From contig JBFMCP010000054.1 in the NCBI GenBank assembly GCA_040754455.1, positions 1 to 14,956 of the forward strand: 14,956 nucleotides of DNA. The letters run 5' to 3'. The translations under genes were made by a program, and so were the position numbers. Under the pieces are notes generated by a model, which did no database searches, was not told where the DNA came from, and saw nothing but the letters and a program-made list of their open reading frames with translations. Positions 7,951 to 14,831 of the stretch are shown one piece after another. Numbering within the stretch: the stretch's first letter is position 1; every line of letters starts with the position of its first letter. This DNA is from Nitrospirota bacterium (lineage in GTDB: Bacteria > Nitrospirota > Thermodesulfovibrionia > Thermodesulfovibrionales > Dissulfurispiraceae).

Positions 7951-8463
7951 TTACAGCAGCGCTTCTATCTCTTTTGAAAGCACCGCAGAAAAGTCAGGCG
8001 GCAGCCCCATATGCGAGTTCCTGATCGTCCCCTGTCTATCAATGATAACGCTTGTAGGAATGCTGATAACGCCATACTGCCTGCTGACCGAGCCGTCATC
8101 CAGGAGCAACGGAAAAGAGAGTCCGTGATCCGCCGCAAAAGCCCGTACCGTTGATACCGCCTCCGGTCCCTCGTCTATGGATATGGCAAGGACCACGAAC
8201 CCCTTGTCTCTGTATTTCTCGTAAACAGCCTTTAGCTCCGGCGCCGCCATCTGGCAGGGAGGGCACCATGTCGCAAAAAATTCGAGCAGCACTACTTTGC
8301 CTGAATAATCTTTCAGGCTTACCTTATGGTTGTTAAGATCAGCAAGCACAAAGGAAGGAGCAGGACCTGCTTTCGTCTCCACTGCTCCTTTTTCCCCTTT
8401 TGAGCAAGAAAAGAGAGCTACGGCAATACCGATGATAACAAAAAGGGACAGCGGCTTTTTCAT
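7951..8463 (-). CDS. TlpA/ResA-like thiol-disulfide oxidoreductase, predicted lipoprotein
   Basis: Signal peptide ending ALFSC (lipobox), GKVVLLEFFATWCPPC, YGVISIPT. The ATG at 8463 overlaps the trxA stop (TGATG). Confidence 0.9.
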   Translation of the reverse strand: MKKPLSLFVIIGIAVALFSCSKGEKGAVETKAGPAPSFVLADLNNHKVSLKDYSGKVVLLEFFATWCPPCQMAAPELKAVYEKYRDKGFVVLAISIDEGPEAVSTVRAFAADHGLSFPLLLDDGSVSRQYGVISIPTSVIIDRQGTIRNSHMGLPPDFSAVLSKEIEALL

Positions 8464-8795
8464 CAACTACCGAGAAGTGCGTCGATCTTTGCCTTGAGTT
8501 GCGGCTTCGGGACTGCTCCTACGATCTGGTCAACCTTCTCACCATTTTTGAAAAACATGATGGTAGGAATACCCATTATCTTATACTTGCTGGCGATATC
8601 AGGATTCTCATCGGTGTTCAACTTACCCACCTTCACTTTGCCGGCATACTCCTTTGCCAACTCCTCAACCGTGGGAGCGATCATCCTGCAGGGCCCGCAC
8701 CATACTGCCCAGAAGTCGACCATCACCAACCCGTTCGCTTTCAGCACTTCCTGATCCCATGCAGCACTCGTCAGCTCCGTAATACCTTCAGCCAT
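8463..8795 (-). CDS. trxA: Thioredoxin
   Basis: VDFWAVWCGPCRMIAP and IMGIPT. The real start is ATG 8795 with an AGGAGG RBS (110 aa), not the ORF-track 8873. Confidence 0.97.
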   Translation of the reverse strand: MAEGITELTSAAWDQEVLKANGLVMVDFWAVWCGPCRMIAPTVEELAKEYAGKVKVGKLNTDENPDIASKYKIMGIPTIMFFKNGEKVDQIVGAVPKPQLKAKIDALLGS

Positions 8796-8843
8796 AGATC
8801 CTCCTGAATTATGCACAAAATAATAAAAAAACTTTATAAAACA

Positions 8844-8873
8844 ATTATAATTTTTATGTAAACCCTTTGTCAA
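8844..8873 (-). promoter_or_regulatory. Consensus sigma70 promoter for trxA and the TlpA-like gene
   Basis: Minus strand TTGACA (8873-8868)-N18-TATAAT (8849-8844). Confidence 0.8.
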
Positions 8874-8974
8874 TTTTAGGCAGGGAGAGGGGGAGAGGAA
8901 TCGGGGTCATGGCGCACGAGGAAAACGCTCGAAACATATATCCTCATTACTCCGGCACTCCCTTAGCCAAGTTC

Positions 8975-9004
8975 TTTACAATGCAGCTTTCCGTACCATA
9001 GAAT
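8975..9004 (+). promoter_or_regulatory. Sigma70 promoter, probably producing a leaderless mRNA
   Basis: TTTACA (8975-8980)-N18-TAGAAT (8999-9004), 6 nt before ATG 9011. No SD sequence. Confidence 0.6.
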
Positions 9005-9010
9005 ACCTCG

Positions 9011-10213
9011 ATGAGCCATCTGATCATCGGCAACGGCGTTGCCGGAACGACCGCTGCCCTAACCATAAGGAAATTCGATAGGGAATCGGAAATAACGATC
9101 ATATCAGAAGAGGCCTACCCTTTTTACAGCAGGATACGTCTGATCGACTATCTGGCGGATGAGGTCTCCGAACACGACCTCATCATTTTCAAAGACCAGT
9201 GGTACAAGCGCAACAGGATCAGGCTTGTTCTCAACACAAGAGTCACCTCCCTTGCCCCTGGCGCAAAAGAAGTGGCTCTTTCCGGCGGACAGAAGATGAC
9301 CTATGATAAACTCCTGATCGCCACCGGCGGGACTTCTTTCACTCCGCCGATCAAAGGGGCGGACAAGAGCGGCGTCTTCACTCTGAGGACCCTTGATGAT
9401 GCACAGCGGATAAGAACCGCCGCGCGTACCGCCAGCCATATTATTGTCCTGGGCGGCGGACTGCTCGGCATCGAGGCTGGCAACGCCTTGAGGAAATCGG
9501 GCAAGAACGTAACTATCGTTGAGTTTGCCCCCCGCCTGCTGCCGCGGCAGCTCGATGACGATGGCGCCGATATCCTGAAGGGCATGCTCGAAAAGAGGGG
9601 GATCCGCTTCGTTCTCAATGCCAGGGCCAAGGAGGTAATAGGAGATACGTCGGTTGCCGGCATGCTCCTGGAAGACGGAAGGCAGATCGATGGCGCTATG
9701 GTTCTTATATCCGCAGGGATCCGCTGCAACACCTCGTTGCTTGAAGGCATCGGATGCAAGCTCGGCAGGGGCGTCATTGTCGACGACCGGATGGAAACCG
9801 GGATTCCCGACGTGTATGCAGCCGGCGACCTCATCGAGCATCGGGGGATAGTCTACGGCATCTGGCCGGCTGCGGAACAGCAGGGGAAGGTCGCCGGGAT
9901 CAACATGGCAGGAGGTACTGCGCTCTATGAGGGGACGATTCCAAGTAACATTCTCAAAGTAGCCGGCATTGACCTGCTGTCGGCAGGAGAGATCGATGCC
10001 GGCGGCACCCTTATGTCATTTACCATAAAAGACGGGACAAAAGGGATTTACAAGAAGCTTGTTTTCAGAAATGGTATCTTTACCGGCTGCATCCTGTGCG
10101 GCGATACCGAGGGGAGAAAAGAGATCGTAACGGCGTTACGGGAACGGAAGACCCTCGCTGCCATGAAAGATATTCTTGAACGATCACGTTTTAAAGATAT
10201 GCAGACGCGGTAA
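9011..10213 (+). CDS. NAD(P)/FAD-dependent oxidoreductase, NADH:rubredoxin oxidoreductase or NirB N-terminal-like
   Basis: IIGNGVAG FAD site, YSRIRL, YDKLLIATG, VLGGGLLGIE NAD site, VYAAGD, A.QQG.VAG.NMAG, LKVAGIDL. At 400 aa it lacks the NirB Fe-S/siroheme domains. Confidence 0.85.
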   Translation: MSHLIIGNGVAGTTAALTIRKFDRESEITIISEEAYPFYSRIRLIDYLADEVSEHDLIIFKDQWYKRNRIRLVLNTRVTSLAPGAKEVALSGGQKMTYDKLLIATGGTSFTPPIKGADKSGVFTLRTLDDAQRIRTAARTASHIIVLGGGLLGIEAGNALRKSGKNVTIVEFAPRLLPRQLDDDGADILKGMLEKRGIRFVLNARAKEVIGDTSVAGMLLEDGRQIDGAMVLISAGIRCNTSLLEGIGCKLGRGVIVDDRMETGIPDVYAAGDLIEHRGIVYGIWPAAEQQGKVAGINMAGGTALYEGTIPSNILKVAGIDLLSAGEIDAGGTLMSFTIKDGTKGIYKKLVFRNGIFTGCILCGDTEGRKEIVTALRERKTLAAMKDILERSRFKDMQTR

Positions 10214-10260
10214 TCACCGCGCTCATTGATTTTATCGCTTCAGGTAATATACATTTCTTT

Positions 10261-10455
10261 ATGACAAGAATTATTACTCAGATACTGATGGGGCTCATGC
10301 TGCTCTTCGGCACGGTCACCCTTACCCCCCGTCTCCTCTTTCATTTCAGAAGCGGGAATAAAACAAGAGCGCTCTACCTGCTCCTGCTCTGGGTACTGTC
10401 GCTGTTCTTTGCCCTCGCCGCATTTTATTATGCATTCATCGGGATTGCAGGATAA
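10261..10455 (+). CDS. Small hypothetical membrane protein (2 predicted TM helices)
   Basis: 64 aa with two hydrophobic stretches separated by a basic loop (FRSGNKTR). It fills the gap between co-oriented genes. Confidence 0.7.
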   Translation: MTRIITQILMGLMLLFGTVTLTPRLLFHFRSGNKTRALYLLLLWVLSLFFALAAFYYAFIGIAG

Positions 10456-10466
10456 AATTAATATAT

Positions 10467-10835
10467 ATGGACGCCATCGCAAAAATTGCAGAAGAAAAGA
10501 TACGGACGGCAATGGAAGAAGGGGCCTTTGATAACCTCGCGGGAGCCGGGAAGCCGTTGCACTTCGAGGACGAGACATGGGTCCCCGAGGATCTGCGGCT
10601 TGCCTACAGGGTCTTGAGAAATGCCGGCTGCATCCCTCCCGACCTCGAGGCAAAAAGGGAGATCATGAACCTGAAAGATCTTATCGATACGATCGATGAC
10701 GATAAGGAGAAATTGAAAAAGCTCAGGGAATTGAACTTCAAAATTCTCACCTTCAATATCGTGAGAAAGAGGCCGCTCAATCTTGAAGACCTACCCGCCT
10801 ACGAGCAGCGCCTCGTTGACAAAATTACTGGCTAA
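10467..10835 (+). CDS. DUF1992 (YhdN-like) domain protein
   Basis: IAEEKIRTAMEEGAFDNLAGAGKPL and VPEDLRLAYRVLRNAGCIPP. Confidence 0.9.
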   Translation: MDAIAKIAEEKIRTAMEEGAFDNLAGAGKPLHFEDETWVPEDLRLAYRVLRNAGCIPPDLEAKREIMNLKDLIDTIDDDKEKLKKLRELNFKILTFNIVRKRPLNLEDLPAYEQRLVDKITG

Positions 10836-11707
10836 CCTTTTTGCTGTTGTTGCTGCTGCCGGTAGAGGATCATGTACTCCTTTTCGAGGTCCTCGTACTG
10901 CTTCTGCATCTCTGAAAGAACCGTGCTCTTTTCCTGCAGCTTCTCTTCGACCTCCCTGGCCATCTGTACCAGCGCCTCTTTCTCTTTGAGTATCTCGTTA
11001 TAGCGTCCTTCATCGATATCGTCATCAGCACCGGCACAGCTGGCGCCGTCGCCAAGGTCCTCGCTGATACTCTTGAACTCGGTCTCCCAGACCCTGAATT
11101 TCTCAGAGAGATTTTCATTCTCTCTTTCGATAACCGAAATGAACTTCTCCAGCTCGCTGCTGTTGTTGTCGAGCACACCCATTGTCTCAACAAGCTCGCC
11201 CTTTTCACCTTCTGTTTCGATCAACCCCTGAATCTTGCTCCGCAGATCATTCGCGCTGTCGTGAAGAGCAGTCAGCTTCTTCTGGGCGCTCTCGAAAATG
11301 TCCTTGTAACACATTAAATCGAGAATGGCGTTCTTTTGGTAATTCACCATGCGCTGCAGTCGCCGTACCGTGCCGGGCGATACCTCTCCGCCTTCCGCTC
11401 CTTCAGCAGCGGCAGCACCAGCCGGCGGGAGCTCGTCGAGGGATTCCACCGCCAGCGGCTCCCCCTCTCCGGCGACTCCTGTATGCTCGACAGTCTCCTG
11501 CACGGCAGGAATGCCGGTATCCATCATCACCCGTTCAGTCTGCCCCGTACGGTCGTCAGGCCTTGCCTGTTCGGACTCCTTCAGGCTCCTTTGCAAAAGC
11601 TTCTTGTACTTCCCGTTCTTTGATAGGAGAACAAGGGTAAGCACAAAGAATACCAATGCACCTTCGACAAGCAGCAAAAAATAGAGGGCATCAATCGTTA
11701 TCGTCAT
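10832..11707 (-). CDS. Hypothetical membrane-anchored acidic coiled-coil protein
   Basis: N-terminal TM helix followed by basic residues, a low-complexity linker, two E/K/L-rich heptad regions and a C-terminal Q6. It starts 3 nt after the VWA gene stop. Confidence 0.8.
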   Translation of the reverse strand: MTITIDALYFLLLVEGALVFFVLTLVLLSKNGKYKKLLQRSLKESEQARPDDRTGQTERVMMDTGIPAVQETVEHTGVAGEGEPLAVESLDELPPAGAAAAEGAEGGEVSPGTVRRLQRMVNYQKNAILDLMCYKDIFESAQKKLTALHDSANDLRSKIQGLIETEGEKGELVETMGVLDNNSSELEKFISVIERENENLSEKFRVWETEFKSISEDLGDGASCAGADDDIDEGRYNEILKEKEALVQMAREVEEKLQEKSTVLSEMQKQYEDLEKEYMILYRQQQQQQKG

Positions 11708-11710
11708 GGC

Positions 11711-13330
11711 CTACTTCCTTCCCTTTTTGCCTTTCGGCTTCTTTGCGGTCTTAGCGGTTTTCGCCCTCTTGCCCGCATACACCAGGAGTACAACCAGCAG
11801 AAGGGCGAGGTTGATTACACCGAACTGTATGAGCACCGACCCCCAACCCCTGCCGTTCATGAGAAAACTCTTACTCCCTTTCTGCTCCGGCTTCTGCAGT
11901 ACCGTCTGCGGAGCAGGCGGTGCCGTTGCCTTGAACTGGAAGGCTTTCTCCCTCTTGAAGGTCTTCCCCTCAGCCGCTATTTTCATAACATAGTCACCGG
12001 CGGCAGTAATGTTTATCTCCTGAGTATATATCCCGTCCCCCGGCTTATCATCACCCGTTTGACCGTCATCATGAAAACCGAGTCGGGTCGTTGTCCCGTC
12101 GGGTCCGGTGACCTCGGCAAGAAAGGCAACCTGTTCGAGCACACTCCCCTCTGCAAGCAGGGTGCCCTCTTTTTCAAGCCACACCATCGTCTTCAGCTTA
12201 TCGCCTTTGTACACGAAATTTTTATCAAAAGAGGTCTTGAGGCTGAGATCGGTAATGACAAATACCTTATTCCCCTCTTTTGTGCTCAAGTTCACGTTCC
12301 ATTTTCCTGTTGCGGGTTTCCTGATGGTGATCATATCGAACACCTTCGACTCATACCACTGCATGTTCCCGGCGAACTTTGCAGGAGTATTCTTCTTCCC
12401 GGAGGGATCGACCAGAACGGTCGACGTTCCCTGCTTCTTGGAGATAAGGACAATCGCCTCATTGATATCCTTATCGATGGTGAAGGCATTCCCTTCCAGG
12501 GGGACCGTGTCAGGAGATTTGATCTTTTCGAACATCGAGGCGAAGATGACATGGACATCCTTATCGGTCCTGGCAAGTTTGAAAAACCCGCCGGTCTCCC
12601 TTGCCATCTCCTCAAGCAGCTTGACATCCGACTGTTCAGTAAAGGCTATAGAATAAAGCTTCGTTGATGACCTGGAAAGCTCCGGCAGAAGCTTTCCAAG
12701 CTCGCTCATCGCCTTTTCTTCTTTCTCCTTCGAGCCGAGCGTCAGCCTGCCATCGGACATGAGGATGAGGGATTTGTTCTTCCTTTGGGAATGCCGAAGC
12801 TCGGCGAACCCTTTTCTCACTCCCTCCTGGATGTTGGTCGAAGATTCCTTTGAAGATATCTTGTTGATGGCGCCGAAAAGCTTGTTCCGGTTTTCAGTAC
12901 TGTTCTTGACCAAAGGAGACAACACCTTTGCATCATCACCGAAACTGATAATGCCGATACGGTCATCCTTTCCAAGGAGCGATATAAAGAGCCGTGCCGC
13001 ATCCTTCCGGTAGCTGTTCGGATCGGTCTTCCTCATGCTTCCTGAACTGTCCATGAGCAGCACGATATCGGACCCCGGGCGCTCCACCGTGCCAGCCGAG
13101 GCCGATAAAGCAGCCGGGGGAGTAGAAGTGGTCTGAGCAGAAGGTGAAGCCTTTGCCTCCTCCCCTGTCTTTGCCGGTATCGTGGGCTGAGTTGCGGCAG
13201 GAGCATCGTATGGTTTTGCAGGAGCAGTCTTCGGTGTCTCCTTCTTGACGGAAGCGGCGGTATCGCCGAATGCCGCAGGACAAAGACTGAAGAGCACAAT
13301 GGCAAGACACAGCAGTTTCGTTTTTCTCAT
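11711..13330 (-). CDS. Exported VWA-domain protein with a DDG..GD..GDGIYT acidic motif and a C-terminal membrane anchor
   Basis: Signal peptide (MRKTKLLCLAIVLFSLCPAAFG), P/A/T-rich linker, and MIDAS elements DSSGS, STNI and LMSDG. FHDDGQTGDDKPGDGIYT resembles choice-of-anchor X. A TM helix and Lys-rich tail end the protein. Start is ATG 13330 or GTG 13339. Confidence 0.88.
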   Translation of the reverse strand: MRKTKLLCLAIVLFSLCPAAFGDTAASVKKETPKTAPAKPYDAPAATQPTIPAKTGEEAKASPSAQTTSTPPAALSASAGTVERPGSDIVLLMDSSGSMRKTDPNSYRKDAARLFISLLGKDDRIGIISFGDDAKVLSPLVKNSTENRNKLFGAINKISSKESSTNIQEGVRKGFAELRHSQRKNKSLILMSDGRLTLGSKEKEEKAMSELGKLLPELSRSSTKLYSIAFTEQSDVKLLEEMARETGGFFKLARTDKDVHVIFASMFEKIKSPDTVPLEGNAFTIDKDINEAIVLISKKQGTSTVLVDPSGKKNTPAKFAGNMQWYESKVFDMITIRKPATGKWNVNLSTKEGNKVFVITDLSLKTSFDKNFVYKGDKLKTMVWLEKEGTLLAEGSVLEQVAFLAEVTGPDGTTTRLGFHDDGQTGDDKPGDGIYTQEINITAAGDYVMKIAAEGKTFKREKAFQFKATAPPAPQTVLQKPEQKGSKSFLMNGRGWGSVLIQFGVINLALLLVVLLVYAGKRAKTAKTAKKPKGKKGRK

Positions 13331-13396
13331 TTCCCCCACCCTCTTTGGTATTCTATCGGAAAAACGCTGTATAACTATAGCACAGGACTGTCTCGT

Positions 13397-13467
13397 AAAA
13401 AAACAACCCCCTCCTCCTGCAACAGATGTACAGATCAGCGTCTACAGGGAAGCAGGGAAAAGGGGGA
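13397..13467 (-). terminator. Long hairpin with U-tract downstream of tRNA-Ser
   Basis: On the minus strand cccccttttccctgc pairs imperfectly with gcaggaggaggggg, followed by ttgttttttt. Confidence 0.5.
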
Positions 13468-13503
13468 TGCACATTGATTGAGAATTCACTATCAGGACAG
13501 AAA

Positions 13504-13593
13504 TGGCGGAGAGGCAGGGATTCGAACCCTGGGTGGCCTTGCGACCACAACGGTTTTCGAGACCGCCCCGTTCAACCGCTCCGGCACCTCTCC
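13504..13593 (-). tRNA. tRNA-Ser (anticodon CGA)
   Basis: 90 nt: GGAGAGG/CCTCTCC acceptor stem, G discriminator, encoded CCA, anticodon loop CTCGAAA, long variable arm GTGGTC-GCAA-GGCCAC, T-loop GTTCGAATC. Confidence 0.97.
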
Positions 13594-13662
13594 ATTAAAC
13601 TGATATTATAAAACAATTAGTTGGTGTTAAGTCCACCCCGACTGTCACTGTTTTGTCACAGT
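13594..13662. other. Putative attachment-site region (arm-type repeats and AT-rich imperfect palindrome)
   Basis: TGTCAC is repeated at an 11-bp period (13643-13648, 13654-13659) over the integrase stop. Imperfect inverted repeat AACTGAT (13598-13604) / ATTAGTT (13616-13622) abuts the tRNA 5' end. Confidence 0.55.
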
Positions 13663-14732
13663 GCATCCGTATTAACCCTCTTTTCAGCCTGTTTCTGGAT
13701 GTTCAGCTTATCCAAAACCTCTACGCCGTAGCGGACACTTTCAGGGCAGTGGTGAGCATATCTCTCCGTCATCTTGACAGAGCTGTGGCCGAGCAACTTC
13801 GATATCGTGTAGATATCCACCCCTGCCTGCGCCAGTCGAGTAGCAAAGGTATGTCTCAGGTCATGGAAACGGAAAGCGCCAATCTTCGCTCTTCTGACTG
13901 CCGTATCGAACTGCCGCTGCACTTCGCGCTTCGAGAGTTCCTCGCTGTCGTGCTGGGTGAAAACATAGCCGGTCATTGCGACAACCTTGCTCTTTGCTTT
14001 CAGCAGATCAGTAACGGCCAGGTTCAAAGGTACCGTGTACTTTCCATGTCCCATGCAGCTTTTCTTCTTCAGCGTCGCTGTCCTCCTGAACAGATCCACA
14101 TCTTTCCATTTCAGACTGATAATAGCACCTTGCCTCACACCGGTGTTTAAGGCAAAGACGATTATATCTTTCAACCACGGACGATCATGACAAGCAGCCA
14201 TTAATGCTTCTTCCTCTTCGGCAGTCAGCCAACGGTCGATCTGATTAGCAACAACGGGCATTTTCACTTTTGCCAGGGGGTTGTACCTCAGCCACTCCCA
14301 TTCCTTCACTGCAAGATTGAGGGCATGGTTAAGACAAACAAGTTCATTCTTGATCGTCGCTTGTGCGGCTTTGTCCTTAGTCCTCATGGCTTTATACTGG
14401 GAAACAAGGTTAGGACTAAGCTTATCCAGCGTAAGACCACCGAAGATGCGGGAGAGATGGTTAATGTAGTGTTCATCTCGCGCCGAGCTTCCCGGGGTCT
14501 TGTTTACCTTGCTGTGTTCCGCCATATACTTTTCCATGAGTTCCTCAAAAGTGTGGTCTCTTGCTGCATCGATGTCGAACCACTTCCCCTCGATAATCTG
14601 GCTTTGAATCTTGCCCCATATCGCCTTTGCCAGTTTCTCATCCTCTGTGTCGGTACTGCGTTGATAGCGCCTCCCGTTCACATGAAACGACATCTGCCAA
14701 ACATCCGAGCCTTTGCGTTTGTATAGTCCCAT
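13656..14732 (-). CDS. Phage/island-type tyrosine recombinase (integrase)
   Basis: 358 aa. N-terminal arm-binding-like segment GLYKRKGSDVWQMSF, catalytic R in LNTGVR, HDLRH, and LLGHSSVKMTERYAH. AGGAGG RBS. It is adjacent to a tRNA. Confidence 0.95.
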   Translation of the reverse strand: MGLYKRKGSDVWQMSFHVNGRRYQRSTDTEDEKLAKAIWGKIQSQIIEGKWFDIDAARDHTFEELMEKYMAEHSKVNKTPGSSARDEHYINHLSRIFGGLTLDKLSPNLVSQYKAMRTKDKAAQATIKNELVCLNHALNLAVKEWEWLRYNPLAKVKMPVVANQIDRWLTAEEEEALMAACHDRPWLKDIIVFALNTGVRQGAIISLKWKDVDLFRRTATLKKKSCMGHGKYTVPLNLAVTDLLKAKSKVVAMTGYVFTQHDSEELSKREVQRQFDTAVRRAKIGAFRFHDLRHTFATRLAQAGVDIYTISKLLGHSSVKMTERYAHHCPESVRYGVEVLDKLNIQKQAEKRVNTDAL

Positions 14733-14734
14733 TC

Positions 14735-14831
14735 TTACATATCCTCCTTTCCGGGACCAACAAGGCTTGAAATACCACGCACAGAGATTGTATCAGAAGC
14801 CTTATTGAATTCCAACTTTTTTCTGAGCATT
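14735..14831 (-). pseudogene. 3' remnant of a small gene upstream of the integrase (possible excisionase/HTH), interrupted by the IS
   Basis: Open frame MLRKKLEFNKASDTISVRGISSLVGPGKEDM* runs from the IS junction to a TAA 2 nt before the int ATG and contains the int RBS. Its identity is inferred from position only. Confidence 0.4.

Noticed and set aside
8837..8864. dif-like site (TTATGTAAAC resembles a XerD arm)
   Set aside because: No credible XerC arm lies 6 bp away, and the sequence is the spacer of the consensus trxA promoter.
8796..8873. N-terminal extension of thioredoxin in the ORF track
   Set aside because: The TTG is part of the -35 box. The SD-supported start is ATG 8795.
9011..10213. 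Assimilatory nitrite reductase NirB
   Set aside because: The protein is only 400 aa, lacks the Cys-rich Fe-S and siroheme domains, and has no nirD neighbour.
10841..10858. Poly-Gln tract as a phase-variable microsatellite
   Set aside because: It uses mixed CAG/CAA codons, is in frame, and sits at the extreme C-terminus, so slippage would not switch expression.
13353..13611. Short ORFs overlapping the tRNA, and a possible tRNA-Sec identity
   Set aside because: The ORFs are translations of tRNA sequence. The anticodon is CGA with a 7-bp acceptor stem, so it is tRNA-Ser.
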